DNA of 64,000 bases, from NCBI GenBank assembly GCA_039818205.1, contig JBCBUK010000002.1, positions 320,001 to 384,000 on the forward strand, in the 5' to 3' direction. The translations under genes and the position numbers were made by a program. Origin of the DNA: Verrucomicrobiota bacterium (GTDB lineage: Bacteria > Verrucomicrobiota > Verrucomicrobiia > Opitutales > Cerasicoccaceae). The notes beneath the pieces are model-generated. The model saw only the letters and a list, made by a program, of their open reading frames with translations, made no database searches and was not told the DNA's origin. Shown here one piece after another: positions 9,870 through 21,000 of this stretch (position 1 is its first letter; each line of letters starts with the position of its first letter).

Positions 9870-11777
9870 ATGCATAGAGGTATCCGGCGCACCCGACTCA
9901 TTTTATGGGCCATGATTTTCATGGCTTGCTTTGTTTCGCTGTACCTTTCCTATCAGATCCGATTTGAGTTCGAGGTTCCGTTCGAACCAAAGAATTGGCA
10001 GTTGATCATGTGGGAGACCATGCAGTGGATCATCCCCATTGAGCTGGTTGTCTTCTACGCGTTTGGCTTGTTCGAACCCTTAGTCGCGCGGTATCGCTGG
10101 CGAGACCTGCTTAGAGTGGGGTCTGGCATTTCGCTTATTAGCGGGTTTTTGCTCTACCTCTGGTATATCTTTGAAGGGGAAAAAACTCCGCCGCGCTCGG
10201 TGATCATTATCAATGGTCTCTTTCTCGTGGTTCTGATGAGCGCGATCAGCTCACTTTCGTCGCAACTACGCTTCATCCTGACTGGCAACTTGAAAGCGCT
10301 CCCGACTCGACCGTCGCGAGTTGTGGCCGTTGGCACCGGTTTCCTTTGTTACCAGCTGATCCAGCAGACACGGGCACGCAGCGGTTTGGCCCTGCGGGTT
10401 GTTGGGCTCGCGGTGACCGAAAGTAAACTGCAGGCGGGCGACCATTGGCTCGGGGTACCTGTTGGTGGACACGTTAGTCGGATCGAGAAAATCTTTCGCC
10501 GCTTCGATCCCGATCGAGTGATCGTTACCGATCCGATGCTATCTAAGGAAGAACTGCGCGAGTTGGTGCACTCCTGCCGCAACCTACATGTTCCCGTTTA
10601 CATTGTCCCGACGGCGCAGGAGATGTTCTACGGTGTTCTGCGTTTGGACACAATCCGCCCGGTTGGCTTGGATGATATTCTTGGTCGCCACTTACTCGAG
10701 ACGGATCTGCCTCGGATTGGTCGTCTGTTAAGCGGCCGACGGGTGATGGTCACCGGCGCGGGTGGTAGTATCGGTAGTGAGCTCTGCCGCCAGATTTTAG
10801 CCTACGCGCCGAGCCAACTGTCTATTCTTGATTTCTCCGAAGCCTCACTTTTCCAGATTGAGCAGAACCTGCGCACCATGCCGATGGGCGACCGGGTTAA
10901 TCCGGTGCTTGCCGATGTTCGAGACAAGGAAACGATGGCGGGAATCCTCACGAGCGAACAACCAGAAATCATCTTTCACTCAGCTGCGCTCAAGCATGTA
11001 CCAATGGTTGAAGCATTCCCGGCGGAAGCGCTCCGGACGAATTCGCTGGCGACCAACCAATTGGCGGATCTCGCCGCACAATCGGGCGTCGAGCGCATGA
11101 TCTTTGTTTCGACCGATAAGGCGATCAACCCGACGAGTTTGATGGGTGCATCCAAGCGCTTGGCTGAACTCTTTATTCAGGCGCACTCGCGGAATGGGCC
11201 GGACACCGCATTTCTGGCGGTTCGATTCGGCAACGTCATCGGATCTTCCGGTAGCGTTGTGCCGACCTTCGAGCGCCAGATCGCTGCCGGCGGCCCGGTG
11301 ACGGTGACTCACGAGGATGTGCAACGCTATTTCATGTCGATCCCCGAGGCAGTGGGATTGGTCCTGCAGAGTGCGACTCAGGGCAGTGGTGGTGAGATCT
11401 TCATGCTCGATATGGGGCAGCCGCTCAAGGTGCTCGATATTGCCCGGGAGATGATTCAGCTGCGTGGCCTGGAGCCCAAACGCGATATCGAGATCCGCAT
11501 CGTTGGCCTACGACCTGGCGAAAAATTATTCGAGGAGTTGCGCTACGATGAGGAGATTCACGATACCACCTCGCACCCTCGCGTTTATCGCCTAACGGCC
11601 GAGGCGCTTTCGCGTGACGAGGCCAAGCAACTGCTCGCCCGCGTTGAGGAAGCCTCTCACTTGTCAAACCCCGATGAGATCCAACAGGTCATCAAGGAGC
11701 TGATTCCAGAGTTTATTGATAAGGACGAAGCGATCCGGGTTAACCAGAGTTCGCCGAGTCCAGTGGGCCGCATTTGA
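9870..11777 (+). CDS. Membrane-bound UDP-GlcNAc 4,6-dehydratase (PglF/CapD/WbpM family)
   Basis: N-terminal TM helices, TGAGGSIGSELCRQ, STDKAINP, MGASK, RFGNVIGSSGSVVP and GLRPGEKL motifs. Confidence 0.93.
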   Translation: MHRGIRRTRLILWAMIFMACFVSLYLSYQIRFEFEVPFEPKNWQLIMWETMQWIIPIELVVFYAFGLFEPLVARYRWRDLLRVGSGISLISGFLLYLWYIFEGEKTPPRSVIIINGLFLVVLMSAISSLSSQLRFILTGNLKALPTRPSRVVAVGTGFLCYQLIQQTRARSGLALRVVGLAVTESKLQAGDHWLGVPVGGHVSRIEKIFRRFDPDRVIVTDPMLSKEELRELVHSCRNLHVPVYIVPTAQEMFYGVLRLDTIRPVGLDDILGRHLLETDLPRIGRLLSGRRVMVTGAGGSIGSELCRQILAYAPSQLSILDFSEASLFQIEQNLRTMPMGDRVNPVLADVRDKETMAGILTSEQPEIIFHSAALKHVPMVEAFPAEALRTNSLATNQLADLAAQSGVERMIFVSTDKAINPTSLMGASKRLAELFIQAHSRNGPDTAFLAVRFGNVIGSSGSVVPTFERQIAAGGPVTVTHEDVQRYFMSIPEAVGLVLQSATQGSGGEIFMLDMGQPLKVLDIAREMIQLRGLEPKRDIEIRIVGLRPGEKLFEELRYDEEIHDTTSHPRVYRLTAEALSRDEAKQLLARVEEASHLSNPDEIQQVIKELIPEFIDKDEAIRVNQSSPSPVGRI

Positions 11778-11859
11778 TGGGCTTTCTGGTAAAAGTCTCC
11801 CCTCCGGCAATATTTCGGGGTTGCCATCAGGGACCGCCTCGGGCATCCATCCGCAGTGT

Positions 11860-12849
11860 ATGAAAGTTCTTGTAGTAGGAGGAGCAGGATACATCGGAAG
11901 CCATTGCGTGCGTCAATTGATTGCCGCAGGTCATCAGCCAGTCGTGCTGGATAACTTGGTCTACGGCCATAAGGGGGCATTGGATCCCAATGTCCCGTTC
12001 TACGATGGGAACCTTGGCGATAAGACCTTCGTCAAAGACGTGCTGACGAAGGAGTCCATCGAGCTGGTAATGCACTTTGCTGCCTACTGCTTTGTCGGCG
12101 AGTCGGTTACTGAGCCGATCAAGTATTACGACAACAATTTGGTCGCAACCCTGCGCCTCCTCGAGGCGATGCTAGAGTGCGACGTCAAGAAGTTCGTTTT
12201 CTCCTCCACCTGCGCAACCTACGGGGTGCCCGAGCGTTTGCCGATGACTGAGGATCTATCTCAGTTGCCGATCAATCCATATGGTCAGACCAAGCTCGAC
12301 GTGGAGAACCTGTTGAAAGCGCTCTCTCACGCGCATGGTCTGTCCTTTTCCGCTTTCCGCTACTTCAACGCCGCCGGCGCCGCCAAGGACGCTTCGATTG
12401 GTGAAGACCACAACCCCGAAACTCACTTGATCCCTCTGGTAATCGATGCCGTTTTAGGAAAGCGGGACAATATCAAGATTTTTGGCACCGATTACGATAC
12501 ACCCGATGGCACCTGCTTGCGCGACTACGTTCACGTGGACGACCTGTCTCGCGCACACATTGCGGTCTTTGACAAACTGTCAGAACCGGGCAAAGGCTAC
12601 TTCTACAACCTCGGTACAGGAACACCAAATTCGGTCCGCGAGGTGATTAACGCGGTCGAGCGTGTATCCGGTAAAACCGTCCCGGTGATTGAAGACGAAC
12701 GCCGCCCGGGCGATCCACCCGCGCTCTATGCCGATTCGTCCTTGGCCAAGCGTGAGCTAAACTGGGAGATCGAATTTGATACGATTGACAAGATCGTCGA
12801 AACGGCCTGGCGCTGGCACGTAGCCAACCCGAATGGTTACGACGATTAA
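11860..12849 (+). CDS. galE: UDP-glucose 4-epimerase
   Basis: GGAGYIGSH, YGQTK, RYFNAAGA and TPDGTCLRDYVHV motifs; start moved to ATG 11860. Confidence 0.93.
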   Translation: MKVLVVGGAGYIGSHCVRQLIAAGHQPVVLDNLVYGHKGALDPNVPFYDGNLGDKTFVKDVLTKESIELVMHFAAYCFVGESVTEPIKYYDNNLVATLRLLEAMLECDVKKFVFSSTCATYGVPERLPMTEDLSQLPINPYGQTKLDVENLLKALSHAHGLSFSAFRYFNAAGAAKDASIGEDHNPETHLIPLVIDAVLGKRDNIKIFGTDYDTPDGTCLRDYVHVDDLSRAHIAVFDKLSEPGKGYFYNLGTGTPNSVREVINAVERVSGKTVPVIEDERRPGDPPALYADSSLAKRELNWEIEFDTIDKIVETAWRWHVANPNGYDD

Positions 12850-12883
12850 TTCCATTTTCTTTCCTACCTAAAAAATCCCACCT

Positions 12884-13822
12884 ATGCGTATTCTGGTTAC
12901 TGGAGGCGCTGGCTTCCTTGGAAGTCACCTTTGTGAGCGATTGGTCAATGACGGCCATGAGGTGATCTGCCTCGACAATTGCTTTACCGGACACAAGCGA
13001 AACGTCTTTCACCTGCTCTCGAACGAAAAGTTTGAGTTCATGCGGCACGACGTGGTCGACCCGTTCAAAGCGGAGGTCGATCAGATTTACAATCTCGCCT
13101 GCCCGGCATCGCCTGTCCACTACCAGCACAATTCGATCAAGACCATCAAGACCTCGGTCATGGGTGCGATTAATTGCCTCGGATTGGCCAAGCGGGTAGG
13201 GGCTCGAGTGTTGCAGGCGTCTACCTCGGAAATCTATGGCGACCCGTCTGTTCATCCTCAGCCGGAGACCTATTGGGGCAATGTGAACCCGATCGGCATC
13301 CGCTCGTGCTATGACGAAGGCAAGCGCTGCGCGGAAACTTTATTTTTCGATTACCACCGGCAGAATGGGGTCGATATCCGGGTTATGCGGATCTTCAACA
13401 CCTACGGTCCGCGCATGGATCCGCGGGATGGACGGGTAGTCTCTAATTTTATCTGTCAGGCCTTACGGGGCGAAGACATCACCCTTTACGGTGACGGTTC
13501 ACAGACGCGCTCATTCTGCTACGTTGACGACCTGATCGAAGGCATGATGCGTCTCATGAACCAGGAAGAGACGACTGGCCCTATCAACATTGGTAATCCC
13601 GGTGAGTTCACGATTCGTCAACTTGCCGAGAAGGTCATCGAACTTACCGGTAGTCAGTCTGAAATCGTGATGAAGCCATTGCCGATGGACGATCCGAAAC
13701 AGCGCCGTCCCGATATCACACTCGCCAAAAAATACCTCGAATGGGAGCCCGCGATTGCTCTGGAAGAGGGACTCAAGAAGACCATTCCTTATTTCGCCGA
13801 AATCATCGAACGCGAAGGCTAA
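12884..13822 (+). CDS. UDP-glucuronate decarboxylase (UDP-xylose synthase)
   Basis: [40 protein letters not shown] and [10 protein letters not shown] motifs. Confidence 0.93.
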   Translation: MRILVTGGAGFLGSHLCERLVNDGHEVICLDNCFTGHKRNVFHLLSNEKFEFMRHDVVDPFKAEVDQIYNLACPASPVHYQHNSIKTIKTSVMGAINCLGLAKRVGARVLQASTSEIYGDPSVHPQPETYWGNVNPIGIRSCYDEGKRCAETLFFDYHRQNGVDIRVMRIFNTYGPRMDPRDGRVVSNFICQALRGEDITLYGDGSQTRSFCYVDDLIEGMMRLMNQEETTGPINIGNPGEFTIRQLAEKVIELTGSQSEIVMKPLPMDDPKQRRPDITLAKKYLEWEPAIALEEGLKKTIPYFAEIIEREG

Positions 13823-13846
13823 GCGCGAATCGACATTCACACTAGC

Positions 13847-13878
13847 GAAAGCTCCACTTCGGGTGGGGCTTTTCTTTT
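13847..13878 (+). terminator. Intrinsic terminator after the glycan locus
   Basis: AAAGCTCCAC-TTCGG-GTGGGGCTTT hairpin followed by a T-rich tract. Confidence 0.8.
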
Positions 13879-13984
13879 GCCTTCACGAGCAGGATTACGT
13901 TGAAAAATGATTGCCGGACGCGTCATAGCTGTTCGTATAGAAAGTCTACAAATTAGTATTAATCCCCCAACGGAACGAAACACC

Positions 13985-15034
13985 ATGAACTCCCACCACT
14001 CTGGTCGAAAAACACTGATTTTCGCGGTCTCACTAGGCTCCTTAATTGGCGCAGCTCACGCGCATGACTTGCATCCCGAGGTCATGACCGAACCCGCAAC
14101 CGAACCCTACCTGACGGGCAGTGGTCCACACCGCTTTGAAACGGCACCGAATTGGGGCGAGATTCCTGAATCGGACAAAATCGCCTTTCACGGCGGCGTT
14201 GCGGTTGCATCCGATGGCCGAGTCTTCGTGGGCTCGGAAAGCCAACAAGCAGGTATCTTGGTTTTTGATTTAGACGGCGAGCAGATTGGCCAATGGGGTC
14301 CGGGCACACAGAATGCCCATGGCCTGAGCTTGATCAAGGACACCGATGGAAAAGAGCACCTTTACGCGGCCCACACACATGCCAAAAAGGTCGTCAAATA
14401 TGACCTCGACGGCAAGGCGTTGCAGACTATCAATCACGATCCAGACAACGGCGTAAACCTGAAGGGAGTGACTGCGGTGACCGCGTTGCCATCAGGCGAA
14501 GTATTTGCGTCGACCGGATATGGTGCGAATGAAGTTTTCAAGTTTGATGCTGACGGAAAATTCGTGAAGAAGGCCGGCCGCAAGGGGAACGCGATCCAAG
14601 ACTTTAAGAATCCGCACGGCATGGCTTTGGACACCCGTTATAAGGAACCACGATTGCTTATCGCCGACCGCGAGAAAGGACGCCTGGTTCACTGGACAAC
14701 CGATCTTGAGTTTGTTGGCGTTCATGCGACCGGTTTGCGCCGCCCCTGCACGGTTGCCATCCGTGGTGATCAGTCTGCAGTTGCCGAGTTGCAAGGTCGT
14801 GTTACCTTGCTCAACAAACAGGGCGACGCGATTGCCCTACTCGGCGACAATCCGAACCGAGAACTTTGGGCCAAGTTTAAGGTGCCACGCAGCCAAATGT
14901 ACCACGGCGTCTTCACCGCGCCACACGGATTGGCCTTCGACAACGACGGCAATATCATCGTTCAAGATTGGAATGTGCTTGGACGTTTGACCAAGTTGGA
15001 TCCCGTTCCAAACCCTAAGCCGACGAAGAAGTAG
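13985..15034 (+). CDS. Secreted NHL-repeat six-bladed beta-propeller (peptidylglycine amidating lyase-like)
   Basis: Signal peptide, repeated HG-x-A motifs (FHGGVAV, AHGLSL, NPHGMAL, APHGLAF), IADRE and LRRPC. Confidence 0.75.
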   Translation: MNSHHSGRKTLIFAVSLGSLIGAAHAHDLHPEVMTEPATEPYLTGSGPHRFETAPNWGEIPESDKIAFHGGVAVASDGRVFVGSESQQAGILVFDLDGEQIGQWGPGTQNAHGLSLIKDTDGKEHLYAAHTHAKKVVKYDLDGKALQTINHDPDNGVNLKGVTAVTALPSGEVFASTGYGANEVFKFDADGKFVKKAGRKGNAIQDFKNPHGMALDTRYKEPRLLIADREKGRLVHWTTDLEFVGVHATGLRRPCTVAIRGDQSAVAELQGRVTLLNKQGDAIALLGDNPNRELWAKFKVPRSQMYHGVFTAPHGLAFDNDGNIIVQDWNVLGRLTKLDPVPNPKPTKK

Positions 15035-15035
15035 G

Positions 15036-16541
15036 CTAGTTGGCAGCCAGGCTAATGTTGCCGGTGATATTCGTCTCCGGCAACGCCAGCTGCAGGCTCT
15101 CGACCGCTTCAGGTGAGATCTCGTTTCCACCGACAGTCAGCCGCTCGAGCGAACCAAAGGACTTTAGGTGATTCAACGACTCGTCGGTTATCTCAGTTGA
15201 GAATAGATTGAGCCGCTTGAGTTGATTGGGCTGTATTCCCGCCACAAAATCGTCGCCTAGTTCAGAGTTGCGCAAGTCCAGGTTACGCAAGGAGACCATG
15301 CGGTTGATTTGCTCAAGGCTTGCTGGTGTGAGCTGGTTGTTGGGTATGGTAAGTTCTACGATTGACTCGATCACTGGTTCCAAGGCTGTAATCTCTTCGT
15401 CGGTCCAGCTTGCGTGAAAGCTTCGGATGGTCAGCTGAGCACTTTGGCTATCGATGTAGTGGATGACGCCTGGGTAGCTTGCCTGGAGTTTTTCTACGGC
15501 GGCTGCAATGGGCTCTCGCAGCGTCGCGATTTCTTCGGGTGACTTTTCGTGATGCTCGTCAGCGTGTTCTTCGAGCGCTTTTCCTTCGAGTAACGAAGCG
15601 GTCACCAGGTCGATCTTGTCGGCGATGGCTTCGTCTGGGTTGAGGTCGGCTAGTGTCTGGTCAACGGGTGCGCCCGCTTGAATCCACCATTCAACGAGTT
15701 TGGTTTCTTCATCGGTCATTTGCGGTTTATTGGCCGGGGGCATGTGCTCTTCGTCGGCCAAAGGCAAGTGGATGCGCGCAATCAGAAGGCTCTCTTCAAT
15801 GCTACCAGGCACCAAGGACGGTCCAGTCGATCCACCGTCGATCAGGCCTTCATAACTATCCATGACCAGGTTGCCTTTGAAGCTTTTGGCCATGTGGCAC
15901 TCGTAGCATTTTTGCGCAAAGATGGGTTCAACCAAATGCACATAGGCGTTGCGTTGATCCAGGGGCAGGGCGAGTCCCTGGGCCAGCGCTTGGTCTTCTT
16001 CCGAAACCGCATCGTGATCAATCCATGGTGCATAATCGGTTAGATAGCTTTCACCGTGGGTGATTGAAGCGCCTTGATGGCTTGCCCAGGTAAGAACGCC
16101 ACAGGTTGCAAAGAGTGTTGCGTAGAAGGCTGCACGAATCGACTGCTGCGTGTCGTAGCCCGGCAGGAAACGGAGAAAAAGCATGATCACGGCGGCGACT
16201 GCGGTTGCAATGCCCCAGCGCAAATGACTCTCCACGAGAGCACCCTGCATGTCTTCACCTTGCATGAGCAATATGCCGAGCGTCATGGCAGCGACTGCGC
16301 TCAAAGCGCCAAGGAAAACGGGAAGGCGCGTTTTGAAGTCCAGCTTGCCACGGCTTACCAGGTTTAGCGTTTCCATCAAAGCTGTCAGCAAGATGATGCC
16401 GATCGGCAAATGGAGAACGACCGGGTGAAAGCGGCCAAAGAATGTCACCAGGTTCTCGAGGCTAATAAGGTGACTCGCTAAGAGAACGAGCGGGCTCAGG
16501 GCCAACAGAACGAGTGCGATCGGTAAAATAAATCGAGGCAT
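15036..16541 (-). CDS. Membrane protein with DUF2231-like TM domain, planctomycete-type cytochrome c domain and C-terminal leucine-rich repeats
   Basis: GRFHPVVLHLPIG TM block, CYECH heme motif with HMPP...WIQAGA, LRR-type repeats at the C-terminus. Confidence 0.82.
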   Translation of the reverse strand: MPRFILPIALVLLALSPLVLLASHLISLENLVTFFGRFHPVVLHLPIGIILLTALMETLNLVSRGKLDFKTRLPVFLGALSAVAAMTLGILLMQGEDMQGALVESHLRWGIATAVAAVIMLFLRFLPGYDTQQSIRAAFYATLFATCGVLTWASHQGASITHGESYLTDYAPWIDHDAVSEEDQALAQGLALPLDQRNAYVHLVEPIFAQKCYECHMAKSFKGNLVMDSYEGLIDGGSTGPSLVPGSIEESLLIARIHLPLADEEHMPPANKPQMTDEETKLVEWWIQAGAPVDQTLADLNPDEAIADKIDLVTASLLEGKALEEHADEHHEKSPEEIATLREPIAAAVEKLQASYPGVIHYIDSQSAQLTIRSFHASWTDEEITALEPVIESIVELTIPNNQLTPASLEQINRMVSLRNLDLRNSELGDDFVAGIQPNQLKRLNLFSTEITDESLNHLKSFGSLERLTVGGNEISPEAVESLQLALPETNITGNISLAAN

Positions 16542-16562
16542 AGAGAAAATTGTGAAATGCCT

Positions 16563-18050
16563 CTAGGCGATCAGATCGTGGAGAACGCTGGCCGGTTTTA
16601 CCCCAGTAAGTTTTTGGTTCAAGCCCTGGTAGGGATAGACCAACTGATTGTGGTTGAGGCCAAGCATATTTAACAGGGTCGCATGGAAGTCGCGGACCCA
16701 AACCGGCTTACTGGCAACTTGGTAGCCCATCTCGTCGGTCTCTCCGTAGGTGGTCCCAGCCTTTACACCGGCGCCAGCCATCCAGAACGTAAACGCCCCT
16801 GGATTGTGGTCGCGGCCTACGAATTTCATTTCGGTGCCGTTGCGATTCTCGCGCATCGGGGTGCGGCCAAACTCCGTGCCCCAAACGACCAAAGTGTCTT
16901 CCAGCATACCGCGCTGCTTCAGGTCAAGGAGGAGGGCAGTCATCGGTTTGTCGATTTGCTTGCACTTGTTATGGAAGCCGACGTTGAGCGCCTCACCCGC
17001 ACTGGAACCGTGGCTGTCCCAGCCGTAGTCAAAGAGCTGGACGAAGCGAACACCCTTCTCAACGAGCTTACGGGCAAGCAGGCAATTGTTGGCAAAGCTG
17101 CTACCTCCGGGCTTCGAACCATAGAGTTCGTGGACGTGCTTCGGCTCGTCCGATATATCCATTGCCTCCGGTACTGAGGATTGCATACGGAAGGCCATCT
17201 CGTATTGCGCAATCCGTGTGTTGATTTCGGGATCCTTTACTTCGCGATACTTCTGCTCGTTAATTTTATTGAGGCTATTCAGCGCGGCGCGGCGGAATTT
17301 TTGGGAGACGTAGTGGGGGTTCGACACATTTAGAATTGGGTCACCCGAAGACCGGCAGAGCACGCCCTGGTATACCGATGGAAGATAGCCTGAGCCCCAC
17401 AGGTTTTTTCCGGCGCGGGGTGGGCGTCCACCCGACATCAGAACCATGTAGCCCGGCAGGTTTTGATTCTCGGTGCCGAGCCCATAGGTCACCCAAGAGC
17501 CCATCGAGGCGTTGCCAAGACGAGCCTGCCCGGTGTGCACAACCAATTGCGCCGGGCCATGGTTGAACTGATCGGTCTTCATCGTCTTGACGAAGCAAAC
17601 ATCATCCACGACCTGGGAAAACGTAGGCAGCAAATCGGAAACCCAGGCGCCTGATTGGCCATGTTGTTTAAACGCACTTTGCGGCCCCAGCATCTTGGGT
17701 GTGCCTTGAATAAACGCGAAGTTTTGACCTTCGAGAAAATCGGGTGGGCATTCCTTGCCATCGACTTTGGCCAGCTCAGGTTTGTAGTCAAAGAGCTCGA
17801 GTTGGCTTGGCCCGCCGACCATGTGCAAGAAGATGATGTTTTTTACCTTGGGAGCAAAGGCGGGCGGCAAGGGATTCAGCGGATTGTTTGGGTCGTGCGT
17901 GATGTCATAACCCAGCCCCGAGCCAAACGCATTGTTGCCCAAGGTGGACCCAAGCCAAATCGCTCCGAGACCCGATGCACAGTTCTTTAAGAACTGCCGA
18001 CGAGTGCCCATTTGAATTTTTTCGAATTCGTTTTCTTGGAATATATTCAT
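16563..18050 (-). CDS. DUF1501 family protein (sulfatase-like fold, Tat-exported)
   Basis: TRRQFLK twin-arginine signal, GGPSQLELFDYKP, WDSH, EFGRTP and GRDH motifs. Confidence 0.9.
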   Translation of the reverse strand: MNIFQENEFEKIQMGTRRQFLKNCASGLGAIWLGSTLGNNAFGSGLGYDITHDPNNPLNPLPPAFAPKVKNIIFLHMVGGPSQLELFDYKPELAKVDGKECPPDFLEGQNFAFIQGTPKMLGPQSAFKQHGQSGAWVSDLLPTFSQVVDDVCFVKTMKTDQFNHGPAQLVVHTGQARLGNASMGSWVTYGLGTENQNLPGYMVLMSGGRPPRAGKNLWGSGYLPSVYQGVLCRSSGDPILNVSNPHYVSQKFRRAALNSLNKINEQKYREVKDPEINTRIAQYEMAFRMQSSVPEAMDISDEPKHVHELYGSKPGGSSFANNCLLARKLVEKGVRFVQLFDYGWDSHGSSAGEALNVGFHNKCKQIDKPMTALLLDLKQRGMLEDTLVVWGTEFGRTPMRENRNGTEMKFVGRDHNPGAFTFWMAGAGVKAGTTYGETDEMGYQVASKPVWVRDFHATLLNMLGLNHNQLVYPYQGLNQKLTGVKPASVLHDLIA

Positions 18051-18070
18051 GGCCGGCTGGATTTTTTGAG

Positions 18071-21000
18071 TTACTTGGTCAGCACTTCATCGAGATTGAG
18101 CAGTACACTCGCGACCGCATCGTAGGCTGCGAGTTCTGCGGAATAACTAAATTGATCGTTCGGATCACGGGATACGGAATCGGGGTCGGGCAAGTCTTCG
18201 GGTGGATCCTGTTTCTTGTTCTTTGCCTGCCAGATTAGCCGGTTGCGCTCCTTCTTGAGCTGTTCCCGTTCTTGATTGAGCTGCCGTTCAATGTGGTTTT
18301 CGTATTCCTCTTGGAGAAGCGGTTCTTCGTCCGGGTAGAGCTCGACGATACTTCCATGCAGTTCCACAAGCTCTTCGAGAACGGCAGGAGCGATTTCTTG
18401 GGCTGTGGCGACTTGATACCCGTAGGCGATGTTTCGCGAAAGGTCCTCACTGTGGTTCTTCATCTTCTGACCGAAGGCCTGGGTCGCCATAAACAGCGCG
18501 GGATCATTCAACGTGAACAAGGGTTGAACTGGAGTGTTCGAAGTAATGCGGCGGTCCGTGCAGAGTTCCCGTGACGGTGCGTCGAAGGCAGCAAGCATTG
18601 GGTATACGCTCGAGCGTTGCCAGTGGATGTAAATCGACCGGCGGAAAATACGATCGTCTTTATCGGCAACCCAATCTCCAGCTCCGGTGTGCGATGGCGT
18701 CCACCCGCCTTCAGGCAAAGGAGGCTTCACCGGCTCACCGAACATATCCTCGTTGAGAATACCAGCAACCGCCATGACTTGGTCGCGCACCATTTCACCC
18801 GTTAGGCGGCTGCGGGGGCCGCGAGCCAGCAAACGGTTTTTCGGATCAAGCTCCTGAAGCTCGGGGCTCGAAACACTGGTTTGGCGGTAGGCGGAAGACA
18901 TAACCATATCCCGCAGGAGCGACTTCATGCTCCACTCGTATTCATGCATGAATTGATAGGCCAGGTAGTCCAGCATTTCGGGATGCGATGGTGTTTCACC
19001 GATGGAACCAAAGTCTTCGAGAGTCTCCACGATGCCCACCCCAAAGAGTTGCTCCCAGAAGCGGCTTACCAATACGCGTGCGGTGAGCGGGTTGTTCTCG
19101 TCAGCGAGCCATTTTGCCATCCGCAAGCGGGCGGGTTCGTCGGTGTCCGGCATGGGATGTAGTGAGGCCGGTGTGTCGGCAGCAACTTCGTCGCCAAGGG
19201 TTGTCCAGTTGCCGCGAACAAATATTTTGTTACCGCGGGCTAAATGCTCAGGACGCTCGCGCATGATGGGAATCCGAACGTTTGGCAGCTTCTTTAATTG
19301 GTCGTAGGTCTTCCAGTCGACGTGCTTGTTAGCCACCCAGGTTTCTTCGTCTTCGAGCGATCGCCAGGTTTCATTGTCCGTGATAGCGAGGGAGCCTCGG
19401 CGCAGAATCATTATTTTGCCACCACCCGTAGCGCCGTGTTCTATGATGAACTTGAGTTGGTCACCGTCTTCGACCTCAAAGGGTTCCTTGAACCGGAACA
19501 CCGCATAACGGCGATGGAAGATGCGGGTCGTTGCGGAAAAGCCAGACTCGCCCTTCTTGGGGTCGCCCCAATAGAACGAATGCGGTTCATCACGATACAC
19601 CCGGTCAAAGGCAATGGGTGTTTCCGTTTGGTCCTCTCCCGAAATGTGAACGATTTTAAGCCTCTTGAGGAAGAAACCGGCAGAGGGCTGGAAAGGTGCC
19701 TTATCGAGATCCAGCGGGAGGACATCCATGCGAAGTGCCTGAACTGGTTTTTCAAGAGCAGGGGCATCCGTGAGGATGGTCATCTTATTCCAGGCCGGCG
19801 TTCCTTCGAAAACGAATTCCTCGCGGCCCTCGCGCTCAATTACTTTGTAGCGAAGCTGTTCGTCCTTACTGGTAGTAACGGACATGTCCGTGAGCCAGTG
19901 CCAGTCGGTTGACTCGGCGAGTTCGTGCGAGCGTTCCCAGTTGGCCTCAATGGCTTGGTAACGTTGCCCGATCAGGTCCTTGAGTTCGAGTTGCTTGGCT
20001 TCGTCTTTGGGGAATTCGATGTAGGGAAACTCTTCGTAGGTATCGGCATCCTGCGTGTTATTGAAGAAGGCCGAGAATTCATAGTATTCTTCGTGTCGAA
20101 AGGGATCGTAGGGGTGGGAGTGGCACTGAACGCAAGAGAATGTGGTGCCGTGCCAGACTTGCCAGGTCGTGTTTACCCGATCCATGACCGCGAGTACTCG
20201 GAACTCTTCATCGTCGGTGCCTCCCTCGTCTTCGTTCTGCGTATTGCGGTGGAATGCGGTTGCCAGGTAGTCGTCGAACGTTGGGTTTGGAAGCAGGTCA
20301 CCCGCGATTTGCTTGATCGTAAATTCGTCGAAGGGCATGTCTTCATTGAAGGCCCGGATTACCCAATTTCGAAATTTGTAGATGTTTCGGGGTCCATCCT
20401 GGCCAGCGCCTTTTGAGTCCGCGTAGCGTGCCAAGTCGAGCCAAAGGGTTGCCCACCGTTCGCCATAGCGGGGTGAGGCTAAGAGGCGATCGACTTGCCT
20501 TTCGTACGCATCGGGAGAGTCATCCGCAATAAACGACTGGAGCTCTTCCTCGGTCGGAGGAATTCCGGTCAGGTCAATGGAAAGTCGCCGCAGCAGCGCA
20601 CCTTTTTGGGCTTCGGGGCTCGGGCTCAAAGCTTCTTGGTTCAACCGGTCCAAAATGAACGCGTCGATTTCATTGGTAATCCAATCGCTTTGGACCGGCG
20701 GGACCTCAGCAACGGCTACGGGAGAAAACGCCCAATGCTCTTCCCACGATGCTCCCTGCTTGATCCATTCCTTGAGCAGGGCAATTTCCTTCTCCTTGAG
20801 AGCCGGCCCATGGTCCGGGGGCGGCATGCGGAAATTTGGATCCGTGGAAGTGACCTTCTCTATCAGGTAGGATGCGTCGGGGTCACCAGGTATAATCGAT
20901 TGACTGCCCGATTGGCCAACGGCAATGGCTTCCTCTTCGAATACAAAGGAAAGGCCGCCTGATTTCTTAACACCGCCGTGGCACGCAGCACAGTTTTTGG

